64,000 nucleotides of DNA, from positions 76,609 to 140,608 of the forward strand of contig OZ244961.1 of the NCBI GenBank assembly GCA_965222715.1. Reading direction: 5' to 3'. A program made the translations under genes and the position numbers. Of this stretch, positions 48,519-58,611 are shown in pieces; within the stretch, counting starts at the first letter, position 1; each line of letters begins with the position of its first letter. The DNA is from Minisyncoccota bacterium. Lineage in GTDB: Bacteria > Patescibacteriota > Minisyncoccia > Phycocordibacterales > JABMNX01. Under the pieces are notes generated by a model. The model had not been told where the DNA came from. It worked only from the letters and a program-made list of their open reading frames with translations, and did not search any database.

Positions 48519-50170
48519 TGAGAAAAAAAGATCACAAATACATATTCGTCATTGGCGGCGTGATGTCCGGTGTCGGAAAGGGTATTGCAACCTCATCAAT
48601 CGGTAAAATTCTTCAGTCAAAAGGACTTAATGTGAATCTGGTCAAAATTGACCCGTATTTGAATGTGGACGCAGGTACAATGAACCCAACTGAGCATGGG
48701 GAAACATTTGTACTTCGCTCAGGCCTTGAGACTGACCAGGACATGGGAAACTATGAGCGTTTCTTGGGAAAAGATCTTGGAGAGGAAAACTATATCACCA
48801 GCGGCATGGTCTATAAGTACGTTATTGAACGTGAGCGAAACCTTGGCTATGGCGGAAAGTGTGTTGAAGCAATTCCACACATTCGTGATGAAATTGTACG
48901 TCGCATTGAGGCGGCAGCTGATGTAAATGGATCAGAAGTTTCTGTTATTGAAATTGGTGGCACGATTGGTGATTTTCAAAATGCACTGTTTATTGAAGCG
49001 GCACGTGTGATGCATCTAGAAAATCCTCATAATGTCATCTTTATGATGGTGACCTACCTTCCAATACCAGGAAAGGTGGGGGAGATGAAAACCAAGCCAA
49101 CTCAAAACGCTATTCGTGCGCTTAACTCGTATGGCGTGCAGCCAGATATGATTATTGCTCGCAGTGAGGTACCTCTTGATACGAAGCGAAAAGATAAGAT
49201 TGCTATTTCTTGTAATGTACATCGCGAAGATGTTATCTCAGCACCTGACATTGAAAGTATTTATGAAGTGCCAATCAATTTTGAACGTGATCACTTAAGT
49301 GACATTGTGATAGATAAGCTTGGACTCGGGAAACGTGCAAATAAATCAAATCTGACGCAATGGAAAAACTTTGTTAAAAAGGCGACACAGAATAAAAAGA
49401 AGGTAAAAATTGCAATTGTGGGGAAATATTTTGGCACGGGAGATTTTACACTTTCTGATTCATACATCTCAGTTATTGAGGCTATTAAATTCTCAGCATA
49501 CAAGCTTGGCTATGTGCCAGAGATCACTTGGCTTAATTCACGTGATTTTGAAAAAAGTAAAAGAAAACTTGAAGGGCTCAAGCAGTTTAACGGCATCATA
49601 GTGCCGGGCGGCTTTGGGGAGACGGGTATCGCGGGGAAGCTTGCGGTTATTCAGTACGCACGAGAAAAGAAAATTCCTTACTTTGGATTATGTTACGGTA
49701 TGCAATTAATGGTGATTGAGTACGCCCGCAATGTACTTGGTATGAAAGATGCGTGTACTGTTGAAATAGATCCAGATGGGAAGCAACCAGTTGTTGATAT
49801 TCTCCCTGACCAGAAGAAGAAACTCGCAAAGCGAGACTACGGTGGCACTATGCGGCTTGGGGTATATCCTGCATACTTAAAACGAGGTACCGTTGCACGG
49901 CGTGCGTATGGTTCAGAAATTGTTGAAGAGCGACATCGACATCGCTATGAGGTAAACCCAGAATATGTCGAACAGTTATCAGAAGGAGATCTAGTATTTT
50001 CTGGTGTATCTCCTGACAAGAAACTTATGGAAATTGCAGAACTTCCTGAGAAAAAACATCCGTTTTTCCTTGGTACACAGTTTCATCCAGAGCTTCAGGC
50101 GCGTCCACTTACCCCACATCCACTGTTCACTGCGTTTATAAAAGCAGCAACTAGGAAAAATAGAAAGTAG
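48518..50170 (+). CDS. pyrG: CTP synthase
   Basis: GGVMSGVGKG, KIDPYLNVDAGTM, GLCYGMQ, ERHRHRYE, QFHPE. Confidence 0.97.
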   Translation: MRKKDHKYIFVIGGVMSGVGKGIATSSIGKILQSKGLNVNLVKIDPYLNVDAGTMNPTEHGETFVLRSGLETDQDMGNYERFLGKDLGEENYITSGMVYKYVIERERNLGYGGKCVEAIPHIRDEIVRRIEAAADVNGSEVSVIEIGGTIGDFQNALFIEAARVMHLENPHNVIFMMVTYLPIPGKVGEMKTKPTQNAIRALNSYGVQPDMIIARSEVPLDTKRKDKIAISCNVHREDVISAPDIESIYEVPINFERDHLSDIVIDKLGLGKRANKSNLTQWKNFVKKATQNKKKVKIAIVGKYFGTGDFTLSDSYISVIEAIKFSAYKLGYVPEITWLNSRDFEKSKRKLEGLKQFNGIIVPGGFGETGIAGKLAVIQYAREKKIPYFGLCYGMQLMVIEYARNVLGMKDACTVEIDPDGKQPVVDILPDQKKKLAKRDYGGTMRLGVYPAYLKRGTVARRAYGSEIVEERHRHRYEVNPEYVEQLSEGDLVFSGVSPDKKLMEIAELPEKKHPFFLGTQFHPELQARPLTPHPLFTAFIKAATRKNRK

Positions 50171-50171
50171 T

Positions 50172-50810
50172 ATGTTATTTACTCAAGAAAAACAAAAACT
50201 CGATTTCTTCCGTAATTCACGACGTGGAAGAATTTTGCGGAGTATGACCCTTAATGATGTAACCTATTGGGGGAGTGACTCATTTATTGCGGTTATCTTC
50301 GCACTCTTTGTGGTTAATTTTATTGACGGAGGTACCGCAGCGCATGTTGGATTTGCGTTTTTTGCGTACAACTTTACTCGCGCTCTTGCGAGTATGCCAG
50401 TCGGACAGTTTTTTGATAAACACAAAGGATACCTTGATGAGGTGTATGGTCTCGCGTTCACTAGTTTCGTAACTGGTGCTGTGTACATACTCCTCAGTCA
50501 AGCAACACAACTATGGCATCTCTACCTTGCAATGATTGTGCTTGGTGTTATAAGTGCGGTAAACCTCACTTCATGGAGAGTACTTTTTTATGGAAATATT
50601 GAAAAAAATGAGTATGCACAAACAGTAGGGGTGTACACGACGCTACTCGCTATTTCTTACAGTCTCGCGGGAGCACTCGGTGGTATTATTGGGGAAACAT
50701 TTGGCTTTGATAAAGTGGTACTCATTGGTGGTGTAATTGTCTTTCTTGGTGGACTGATACCAATAACCGTACAGCAATACTTTAAAAATGTTGCAGGTAA
50801 AAAAGAGTAG
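50172..50810 (+). CDS. Half-size (6-TM) MFS-like protein
   Basis: About six TMs with motif-A-like PVGQFFDK; 212 aa. Confidence 0.7.
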   Translation: MLFTQEKQKLDFFRNSRRGRILRSMTLNDVTYWGSDSFIAVIFALFVVNFIDGGTAAHVGFAFFAYNFTRALASMPVGQFFDKHKGYLDEVYGLAFTSFVTGAVYILLSQATQLWHLYLAMIVLGVISAVNLTSWRVLFYGNIEKNEYAQTVGVYTTLLAISYSLAGALGGIIGETFGFDKVVLIGGVIVFLGGLIPITVQQYFKNVAGKKE

Positions 50811-50828
50811 CGATACAATAAACATTCT

Positions 50829-51101
50829 ATGCATCAAGGAAATTGGACATGTAGTGGCTGTGGTGGAGCAATTACTGAATTGCCATTTGAACCACGAAGC
50901 ACTGAAAACTTAAAATGTAAAAAATGTTTTGCCGAACAGGCAAATGGGGGCACACGACAGACTGCACGAGGAGAGCGAAAAATGTATCCTGGCAGTTGGG
51001 AGTGTGGTGGTTGCGGGAAAGCAATTACTGAGCTTCCATTTGAGCCACGTGGACGCACCGACAACCTTAAGTGTCGCGAGTGTTTTAAACGGGGCGTGTA
51101 G
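50829..51101 (+). CDS. Tandem CxxC-x17-CxxC zinc-ribbon protein
   Basis: Two repeats of CxxCG..ITELPFEPR..CxxCF. Confidence 0.88.
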   Translation: MHQGNWTCSGCGGAITELPFEPRSTENLKCKKCFAEQANGGTRQTARGERKMYPGSWECGGCGKAITELPFEPRGRTDNLKCRECFKRGV

Positions 51102-51169
51102 TTAAACAGGAGTCAGTTTTGTGGTATAAAGTAGGTGCGCTATGTAGCGCATTTTCTTTTAGGAAATCT

Positions 51170-51240
51170 TGCCTGGTCGTCTAACGGTAGGACGTTGGTT
51201 TCTGGCACCAAAAATCGGGGTTCGATTCCCTGCCGGGCAG
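51170..51240 (+). tRNA. tRNA-Gln(CUG)
   Basis: Acceptor TGCCTGG/CCGGGCA, anticodon CTG. Confidence 0.93.
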
Positions 51241-51339
51241 CAAAATCATGAGCAGTGTTTGCGCTCAAGAAGTATAGCGACCTTGAGCGCACAAAGCGCG
51301 TTGCTTAGCAAAATTTTTAAAAGCGATATAATAAAAACA

Positions 51340-51993
51340 ATGAACCCTGACAACAATGCAATTGGCCGAACATATTTTATTGGAGGCCCTCCAAGAACTG
51401 GGAAAACGATTTTAGCATTTGCTCTTGCAGATAAGATAAACGGCCATGTTGTCTCGACTGATAGTATAAGGAATGCAGCCAAAAAGGCATGCTCAGACAA
51501 AGAAAATGACCTTTTTATCATAAATAAAACCGAGAATGTGTCTGAAGAAGAATGGTTCAAAAATCATTTAGAAAATCCAGAGGTCACTGTCGAACATCAG
51601 AATAGAGAATCAAAAGCTGTATGGCCTTCACTCGTTTCATTCTGTAATAGTTTTTGTGAGGATGATGCGGTGCATATTCTTGAGGGTGTGGCCATTCTTC
51701 CTGAACTTGTTTCGCAGATGAAAAACAAACCTGCTCATGTGATCTTTGTTGGAAACACCAGTGAATCTCATTTACAAGCTATGCTTGATCATGCTGATCG
51801 GTTTCCTGAGAAAGATTGGATGCGTGCCATGAACTACTCCGAACAAAGATTTGAAGGAATGGCTAACTTCATCAAAGCAATGAGTATCTATTTCAAAAAA
51901 GAAGCTACTAAATATGGTTTTTCATATTATGAAATTAGTGATGATAATTTTGAAGACTCGATAGCAAGAATAGTTGAATCTGTGACTGTTTGA
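51340..51993 (+). CDS. P-loop kinase-like protein
   Basis: True start inferred at ATG 51340; GGPPRTGKT, STDSIR, ILEG. Confidence 0.8.
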   Translation: MNPDNNAIGRTYFIGGPPRTGKTILAFALADKINGHVVSTDSIRNAAKKACSDKENDLFIINKTENVSEEEWFKNHLENPEVTVEHQNRESKAVWPSLVSFCNSFCEDDAVHILEGVAILPELVSQMKNKPAHVIFVGNTSESHLQAMLDHADRFPEKDWMRAMNYSEQRFEGMANFIKAMSIYFKKEATKYGFSYYEISDDNFEDSIARIVESVTV

Positions 51994-52103
51994 GATCCGT
52001 CGAATTAGTAAAATAAAATATTAAAAAATAACCTGGCTTAACCAGTAACGATTCTAGCCCGAGACAGTCAGCATATTTTCGTTAGGTGCTATACTATAAC
52101 TCT

Positions 52104-52682
52104 ATGAATAAATTACTAATCAGTATTATAGTCGCACTGGTTCTTCTTGTTGGAGGCTTTTACCTACTTAATTCATATATTTATAACGAGAAGCAGGCGA
52201 CTGTTGCCACGGATCATAAGAATGCCGAGTATGTTATTGAGGGTGAGCGAGTGAAACTTAACAATAGTGTCGCAGAAACTAGCATAGACCCAAGCTCTGA
52301 AACAACAGTCACCACTCGTTACTTCGGTAATGAACTAGTCACAGATCTTGATGGCGACGGAAGGGAAGATGTTGCTTTTATAGTTACCCAAGATCGAGGT
52401 GGATCAGCTACGTTTTACTATGCAGTTGCGGCACGTAATACAGAAGATGGATACGTTGGTTCAGATGGGTACCTGCTTGGTGATCGTATTGCTCCACAAT
52501 CAACAACCATTAGCCCGAATCCTCGACATAAATATGTGGTTGTCTTTAATTATGCTGATCGCGCACCAGGAGAACCAATGACCGCGCAACCATCAGTCGG
52601 CACAAGTGTGTACCTTAAACTTGTACCTGAAGCAATGCAGTGGGGTATTGTTGTACCTGATTTTGAAGGTGAATCTCGCTAA
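52104..52682 (+). CDS. Membrane-anchored hypothetical protein
   Basis: N-terminal TM; DLDGDGREDV and GGSATFYY..LGDRI. Confidence 0.75.
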   Translation: MNKLLISIIVALVLLVGGFYLLNSYIYNEKQATVATDHKNAEYVIEGERVKLNNSVAETSIDPSSETTVTTRYFGNELVTDLDGDGREDVAFIVTQDRGGSATFYYAVAARNTEDGYVGSDGYLLGDRIAPQSTTISPNPRHKYVVVFNYADRAPGEPMTAQPSVGTSVYLKLVPEAMQWGIVVPDFEGESR

Positions 52683-52697
52683 GTGTCATACATAAGC

Positions 52698-53408
52698 ATG
52701 AAAACTATTCTCCATAAAGCGAATGAGCGAGGAGAAGCTGAGCATGGTTGGCTCTCTAGTCGGTTTAGTTTTAGTTTTGCTGAATGGTTTAACCCGAATC
52801 GCATGGGATTCGGTGCGCTTCGAGTATTAAATGATGACACCATTCAACCTTCTTCTGGTTTTGGTATGCACCCACATCGTGATATGGAAATTATCACCAT
52901 TGTTACCAGTGGTTCGGTGACGCATAAAGACAGTGAAGGTAATGAAGGAGTAGTATCTGCTGGTGAAGTGCAGGTAATGTCTGCAGGCACTGGGGTGGTG
53001 CACTCTGAGTACAATGAATCAGAGCATGAAGAACTTACCCTTTTCCAAATTTGGATTCTTCCTAATAAAGAAAACGCACCGGTCTCGTACTCTCAGAAAA
53101 ACTTTGATTTTATGAATGTCACTCCAGGAGCGTTACCACTTGTAGCGCCATATGGGGAACAAAAGAAAGACGAGCTATTGATTAATCAAGATGCGTGGGT
53201 TACCTACGTTTACAGTGATGAGACTCCATATGAGTACCGTATTAAAAAAGAAGGGAATGGGGTGTATATCTTTGTTATTGAAGGAAGCTGCCAGGTGTCT
53301 AATATAACTCTCTTAGCACGAGATGCACTTGGAGTATCAGAAACAGAGAAAGTGACGCTCTCTGGTTTCGCAAAGCTCTTGCTTATTGACGTGCCGCTCA
53401 TTTCTTAA
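52698..53408 (+). CDS. Pirin family protein
   Basis: GFGMHPHRDMEI, HKDS, MSAGTGVVHSE, FQIW. Confidence 0.93.
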   Translation: MKTILHKANERGEAEHGWLSSRFSFSFAEWFNPNRMGFGALRVLNDDTIQPSSGFGMHPHRDMEIITIVTSGSVTHKDSEGNEGVVSAGEVQVMSAGTGVVHSEYNESEHEELTLFQIWILPNKENAPVSYSQKNFDFMNVTPGALPLVAPYGEQKKDELLINQDAWVTYVYSDETPYEYRIKKEGNGVYIFVIEGSCQVSNITLLARDALGVSETEKVTLSGFAKLLLIDVPLIS

Positions 53409-53472
53409 ACAGTTTCTTGAGCTGTTCTTTGTTCGTAGTACAATAACACTATTAGTATAAATGTAATGATAT

Positions 53473-53787
53473 ATGGATATTAAAAATAGCGAGGTACGAG
53501 TAGATATACCAGTGCCTCAAAAATCTTCACGAGTACTTGCTGTCTTTACGCTTCTTTTTATGTTTCCAAAGTTAATTTTCCTCATTCCACACTTCATTAT
53601 TCTTTGGGCGCTCGGCATTGTCCTTTTTGTTCTAACAGTGTTTGCACAGTTTGCTGTTGTTATTACCGGTACATACCCTGAAAAAATGCATCACTTCGTT
53701 GTTGGTATATTTAGATGGCAGCTACGAGTAAACGCGTATCTTCTTGGACTCCGTGATGAATATCCGCCGTTTACTCTTGAAAATTAA
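53473..53787 (+). CDS. DUF4389-like membrane protein
   Basis: LIPH, ITGTYP, RVNAY..DEYPPF. Confidence 0.85.
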   Translation: MDIKNSEVRVDIPVPQKSSRVLAVFTLLFMFPKLIFLIPHFIILWALGIVLFVLTVFAQFAVVITGTYPEKMHHFVVGIFRWQLRVNAYLLGLRDEYPPFTLEN

Positions 53788-53792
53788 GCACA

Positions 53793-54869
53793 ATGATAAA
53801 AGTATTAATAGTTGGCGCTGGTCCAACAGGCCTTACTACAGCACTTGAATTTGCGCGACAAGGTGTTATGCCCGAGATTGTTGATGCCAAGGATATGCCG
53901 TCATGGAAGTCACGTGCCGTTGCGATCCTTCCACGAAGTATTGAAATACTTAATCGCACTGGCGTAGGTAGACGTATAGTTGATGAAGGTATGTACATTA
54001 CCCGTGCACGCATTCATCGCGGAAATAGAGCGCTTCTTGATGTCGACATCTCTAGTGTTTTGCCTAAGGACGAGTCTATTATTGGACTTGCACAGAATCG
54101 AACAGAGACGTTAATGAGCGAAGAGCTTGAGCGTATGGATGTCTCCGTTCGCTATGGTGTGAGAGTTACATCAGTAATCACATCTGAAAAATCTGCTGAC
54201 GTGGTATTTGAAGGTGGTAAAAAGGAAACATATGATTGGGTTGTCGGTGCTGATGGAGTGAATTCAACGGTGAGAACATCGCTCAATATCCCCCATAAAG
54301 GGTATGAGCTTGATGAAGAATGGTCTATCGCAGATGTTGATGTATCAAAAGAAATTGAACACAATACTATTAATGCCTGGCTTCTTAAGGGAGAACATAA
54401 AACCAGAGATGCAATGGTGATGGTACCAATTGAACAGAAACGCATACGCCTTATTTCTTCAACACCAGATAGCTTAAAAGCTCTTCCAATTCATATTGAA
54501 GTTGAAAATGTACGACGTACTGGAGTTTTTAAAATTTCCGTGAGGCAAGCAAGTCGGTATGTAGAGGGAAGAGTAGTGCTTGCAGGAGATGCTGCGCATG
54601 CCCACTCGCCAGTTGGTGGTCGAGGTATGAATTTAGGGATTGAAGATGGGCAGGCAGCTGTTTCAGCTATACTCCATGGAACAGTCAAAGAGTATGAGAT
54701 AGAGAGAAAAGAAAAGGCAGCTCGTGTTATACGAGGCACAGAGCGGGCTCGTAAACTCGTTGTTTCAAACAATCCTTTTACTGTTTTTGGTATATATCTT
54801 GGGGCATGGTGTATACAGCACATTGGTTTTATACGGAGAAGGTTTGTTAAAAATATTGCAACTCTCTAG
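53793..54869 (+). CDS. FAD-dependent monooxygenase
   Basis: IVGAGPTG, VGADG, LAGDAAHAHSPVGGRGMN. Confidence 0.92.
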   Translation: MIKVLIVGAGPTGLTTALEFARQGVMPEIVDAKDMPSWKSRAVAILPRSIEILNRTGVGRRIVDEGMYITRARIHRGNRALLDVDISSVLPKDESIIGLAQNRTETLMSEELERMDVSVRYGVRVTSVITSEKSADVVFEGGKKETYDWVVGADGVNSTVRTSLNIPHKGYELDEEWSIADVDVSKEIEHNTINAWLLKGEHKTRDAMVMVPIEQKRIRLISSTPDSLKALPIHIEVENVRRTGVFKISVRQASRYVEGRVVLAGDAAHAHSPVGGRGMNLGIEDGQAAVSAILHGTVKEYEIERKEKAARVIRGTERARKLVVSNNPFTVFGIYLGAWCIQHIGFIRRRFVKNIATL

Positions 54870-54988
54870 TAATTTAAGAGAAAGCTAATACTATTAAGAG
54901 CTCTAAGTATGTACTTGCTCACTCAGTTTCTTATCTGTATATTCAGTAGTGGAAATGTTGTTCATTCACGAACGATAGGAGAATCTCC

Positions 54989-55462
54989 ATGTCAGATACG
55001 AATTTCTCTACAGGTCTAAGGTGGGGAGACGAGCGGAGTTTACCGAATCCACGAGCTATTTCAGAAGAAACCATTTTTGTTGAGGGGTACGTGGTGAGTC
55101 TCAAAACCAGTACATTTCCTGACGGCACACTTGGATCTCTCTACGTACAGGTAATTGGTAATAAGAATTCAGTTGCTAGACTTCTAGAGACGTCTTCAGT
55201 CTCGGTCTCGAGGGGTTTGCAGCATGGAACACCGCTAGATTTTTACGTCAACATGCATGCTCGGACCACTTCAGAGCTTGTTGGTTCTATTGATGATCAT
55301 GACCAGGGGTGGTTTATCATGGTCATTCTGGACCATGTGTTTTGCCACCTTGGCTCAAAGTATCTCGGTCGGGATGACTTACTTCGAGAAAAACCCAATG
55401 AAAACAAGGGTGGCGGGGTAGGCAAGCACTTGCGGCTTGTGCATAACCAGACGGATACATAA
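54989..55462 (+). CDS. Hypothetical protein
   Basis: TTGCTC-N17-TATATT promoter, SD AGGAG, downstream terminator. Confidence 0.65.
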   Translation: MSDTNFSTGLRWGDERSLPNPRAISEETIFVEGYVVSLKTSTFPDGTLGSLYVQVIGNKNSVARLLETSSVSVSRGLQHGTPLDFYVNMHARTTSELVGSIDDHDQGWFIMVILDHVFCHLGSKYLGRDDLLREKPNENKGGGVGKHLRLVHNQTDT

Positions 55463-55539
55463 GCACTTTTGCGACTCGGTTTTCCACCGAGTCGTTTTTG
55501 TTACTCAATTTATTAAATATGGCTCTGTAGAGCCAAAAT

Positions 55540-55565
55540 AAACGCCAAAAGTACTCTTGGCGTTT
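55540..55565. repeat. Copy of the 26-bp palindrome family
   Basis: AAACGCCAAAAGTACTCTTGGCGTTT. Confidence 0.75.
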
Positions 55566-55654
55566 ATTTATACACTTGAACCACCTATTTTAGGTGGTGT
55601 ACGAGGGTTTTTATGCCTATACTAATAGGTAATTATTAGATAGATATATTTTAT

Positions 55655-55858
55655 ATGGAAGATTTAAAAGCACTTTGCATGAAGTGTCGAGACGAAAATA
55701 ACAAACCTACCATGCAAACAATGCAGAACCCTATGGTTGAAGAGAAAGAGGGAAAGGGTGGAAGCAAACGCTATTCTGCAAAAGGAACATGTGAAAACTG
55801 CGGTGGAAATATGTTCAAATTTCTCTCAAAAGATGACGCGGAAAAGATTCGAGGTTAA
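55655..55858 (+). CDS. Small zinc-ribbon protein (DUF5679-like)
   Basis: CMKC..KGTCENCGGNMF. Confidence 0.8.
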   Translation: MEDLKALCMKCRDENNKPTMQTMQNPMVEEKEGKGGSKRYSAKGTCENCGGNMFKFLSKDDAEKIRG

Positions 55859-55930
55859 GTAACCTCATACACAAAAAACGTCACGAGATTCCGTGGCGTT
55901 TTTTTGTATTCTTTCTGGTATACTTGATTC

Positions 55931-56512
55931 ATGTTTATGGCTTTTTACTCACAACATCGCGGTATTCTCTTTATTCTCTTTGGGCTACTCCTTATTGGTG
56001 GTTCATGGTTCTTATATGGAAATGATACTAAAGATACAGAGAAAGTGGTTGCTACTAACTTTTTTGAATGCGCTAGACAAGGAAATGCAATAATGGAGAG
56101 CTATCCACGTCAGTGTCGTGATGAGGCTGGGAATCTCTTTGTTGAACATATCGGAAATGAATTAGAGAAACGTGACTTAATTCGTCTTACTACACCCAGG
56201 CCAAATGCTGTAATAGAAAGCCCGCTTATTATTTCTGGAGAAGCTCGTGGGTATTGGTTCTTTGAAGCATCATTTTCTGTAGTACTTACTAATTGGGATG
56301 GTCTTATCATTGCTGAGCATTATGCAGAAGCAGAAGATAATTGGATGACTGAGGAGTTTGTGCCATTTACTTCAGAAGTATCATTTGAATCTCCATATAC
56401 AGAGGGTGACCCTGAGTTCTTCAAACGAGGTACCTTAATACTACAAAAAGCAAATGCGTCAGGACTACCTGAACATGACGATGCGTTAGAAATTCCTGTA
56501 TTATTTAAATAA
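55931..56512 (+). CDS. Membrane-anchored Gmad2 Ig-like domain protein
   Basis: SPLIISGEARGYWFFEASF, WMTEEFVPF, NASG. Confidence 0.85.
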   Translation: MFMAFYSQHRGILFILFGLLLIGGSWFLYGNDTKDTEKVVATNFFECARQGNAIMESYPRQCRDEAGNLFVEHIGNELEKRDLIRLTTPRPNAVIESPLIISGEARGYWFFEASFSVVLTNWDGLIIAEHYAEAEDNWMTEEFVPFTSEVSFESPYTEGDPEFFKRGTLILQKANASGLPEHDDALEIPVLFK

Positions 56513-56544
56513 TAACAAAAAGGGTTCTGCATACGCAGAACCCT

Positions 56545-56880
56545 CTACACCTCTTCAAGATTTCCAAACTGCTTCAGGATACAGTTACTGGTGCGAAGTA
56601 TTGCCTTACGAGCTCGATCTGAACTCACTTTTGATGTGTCGTCTGCCGCAATACAACGTGTATGTGCAAAAAGAAATGCTAAGGGCGTCGAGCCCTGTGC
56701 ACATTTCTTTGCATACTTGAGAGAAACTCCTTTTTCTTGGATGAGCACTTCTTCAGCATCAGGAAGTAATTCTTGCCACTCCCTGAACTCTCTTTCGTTA
56801 CCAAAATCAATCCAGACTATTTGATTGTAGTGTGCTCCCTTCTTTACGATACGAATAGTCACAATATAAGAGTCGTACAT
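56545..56880 (-). CDS. Hypothetical protein (111 aa)
   Basis: SD GGAGG before ATG 56880; hairpin at 56521-56544. Confidence 0.6.
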   Translation of the reverse strand: MYDSYIVTIRIVKKGAHYNQIVWIDFGNEREFREWQELLPDAEEVLIQEKGVSLKYAKKCAQGSTPLAFLFAHTRCIAADDTSKVSSDRARKAILRTSNCILKQFGNLEEV

Positions 56881-56959
56881 ACAACCCTCCACTACGTTGT
56901 TTTCCTAACTCTAGTCTCTCATAAACCATATACTCCTACAATCTGCTATGCTTATAGAT

Positions 56960-57283
56960 ATGCAAGAGAAGCGTTTCAGCGATCGGGTTATTGAAGCGGT
57001 GCAATCTATACCTAAAGGTAAAGTGACAACTTATGGCCGGATTGCACGTGCTGCTGGTGGTGGCACAATGGCATCCCAAAGTATTACATCAATTCTCTCG
57101 AAGGCGGAGAAGAATGGGGTAAAACATATTCCATATCATCGGATTGTCTATGCGAACGGCACTATTTGGATAAATGATACGTATAAAAAAGAACGATTGG
57201 CGTTATATAAAAAAGAGGGCATTGAAATAGATATAAAGGGAAGAATTATTGATTTTGAAAAGAAGCTCTTTGAATTTTATTAA
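56960..57283 (+). CDS. Alkyltransferase-like (MGMT family) protein
   Basis: IPKGKVTTYG; PYHR in place of catalytic PCHR; EG. Confidence 0.85.
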   Translation: MQEKRFSDRVIEAVQSIPKGKVTTYGRIARAAGGGTMASQSITSILSKAEKNGVKHIPYHRIVYANGTIWINDTYKKERLALYKKEGIEIDIKGRIIDFEKKLFEFY

Positions 57284-57344
57284 TGGCATAAGGTGTTTTA
57301 ATATACCAATGCGTCGTTATTTTTTATGATATACTCTAAATATT

Positions 57345-58073
57345 ATGCCGTTTATTTCACATCTTCGAACCCTGAAAGAGTCTGATAAGACAGAAGCAGT
57401 TAAAAAACTTATTGCTGACAGTACACCTGACTTTGATTTTTTCTTAATGGTAACCCTCTCTATTTTGATGGCAACATTTGGATTACTACTCAATAGTGCG
57501 GAGGTGGTTATTGGTAGTATGTTGATTGCACCAATACTGTATCCAGTCGTGAGCCTCTCCTTAGGTATATCTATTTCGGATTACAAACTTATTGGACGCT
57601 CTATGTCAGCTATCACAAAGTCGGTAGCCATTGGTCTTGTTGGCGCAACACTCGTCACACTCTTTTTTGGCACTGGTGAATATTTGAATGCAGAAATACT
57701 TGGTCGTGTTGAACCATCACTCATCTATTTTATTGTTGCACTTATTTCAGGTATTGCGGTCTCCTTTGCGCTAGTAAAACCAGAACTCTCTTCAACACTT
57801 CCTGGTATTGCGGTGTCGGTTGCGCTTATCCCACCACTTGCCGTTGTCGGTATTGGTATCGCACATGTTGACTGGATGGTTGTTTCGGGCGCACTTGTGC
57901 TATTCATTGTAAACATTATTGGTATTATTTTTGCCAGCATGCTCACCTTTTCTCTTATGGATTTAAGTAACAAGCGTGAAGTTGCTGAAAAAGCAGTGGA
58001 AAAAGAAGAACGACGAGTTGAGCGGGAAGAAGAGAAGGTTGAAAAAATTAAAGAAGAAGACGGGAAAAAGTAG
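57345..58073 (+). CDS. DUF389/TIGR00341 membrane protein
   Basis: VVIGSMLIAP and LPGIAVSVALIPPL. Confidence 0.88.
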   Translation: MPFISHLRTLKESDKTEAVKKLIADSTPDFDFFLMVTLSILMATFGLLLNSAEVVIGSMLIAPILYPVVSLSLGISISDYKLIGRSMSAITKSVAIGLVGATLVTLFFGTGEYLNAEILGRVEPSLIYFIVALISGIAVSFALVKPELSSTLPGIAVSVALIPPLAVVGIGIAHVDWMVVSGALVLFIVNIIGIIFASMLTFSLMDLSNKREVAEKAVEKEERRVEREEEKVEKIKEEDGKK

Positions 58074-58237
58074 GTTTATATAATTTTGTTTAAGGATATT
58101 TCCACGGGTTATCACCAAAATATCCCCATATTTCATAGGTTTTTCCCACAAAAATGAAAAGTGGATAACTTTTGTTGCGACTCGTCAATATTGACGGATA
58201 TACTAAAAGTAGGTGAACACGGTAGGAGGAGGAGCCG

Positions 58238-58420
58238 ATGAGCACAATTAAGCCACAAGACGCTCTTCCGACAGGTAACGAGACAAGCTTAATGAGTGGT
58301 CTTGAAGGAGATCACGATAAAGTAAGCGAGCTTCACAGCTCGTCACCAGATAGTCAAAATGGTGACCTCGAAATCATCGGAGAGCTGACGTTCAGCGAAT
58401 TGTTCGATCGTTTTTCCTAA
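58238..58420 (+). CDS. Small acidic hypothetical protein (60 aa)
   Basis: Strong SD AGGAGGAGG; TATACT -10 upstream. Confidence 0.55.
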   Translation: MSTIKPQDALPTGNETSLMSGLEGDHDKVSELHSSSPDSQNGDLEIIGELTFSELFDRFS

Positions 58421-58436
58421 CCAAGGGAGAAGTACC

Positions 58437-58505
58437 ATGAAACGCATCTATGTGGGTGGTGAGTACGACGAACACCCAACCGACGGTCCACACCCGACCG
58501 ACTAA
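58437..58505 (+). CDS. Candidate 22-aa peptide, not in the ORF track
   Basis: MKRIYVGGEYDEHPTDGPHPTD* after AAGGGAG; hairpin downstream. Confidence 0.35.
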   Translation: MKRIYVGGEYDEHPTDGPHPTD

Positions 58506-58611
58506 GCGCCATGTCTTCATTCGCCTTGAAAGGGCGGCCGCCAGTCTTGCAATTGCTAGATCCGACGACCGCTCTTTTCCTGCCTACCTCTGTGCTACTA
58601 TATATCCCGTT

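Noticed and set aside
51169-51339. N-terminal extension of the P-loop ORF
   Set aside because: Overlaps tRNA-Gln; the likely start is 51340
58095-58170. DnaA-box-like cluster as oriC
   Set aside because: All boxes are imperfect, the region is short, and there is no dnaA/dnaN context
58450-58611. Long N-terminal extension of Nth
   Set aside because: Overlaps a small ORF and hairpin; similarity to Nth begins near ATG 58612
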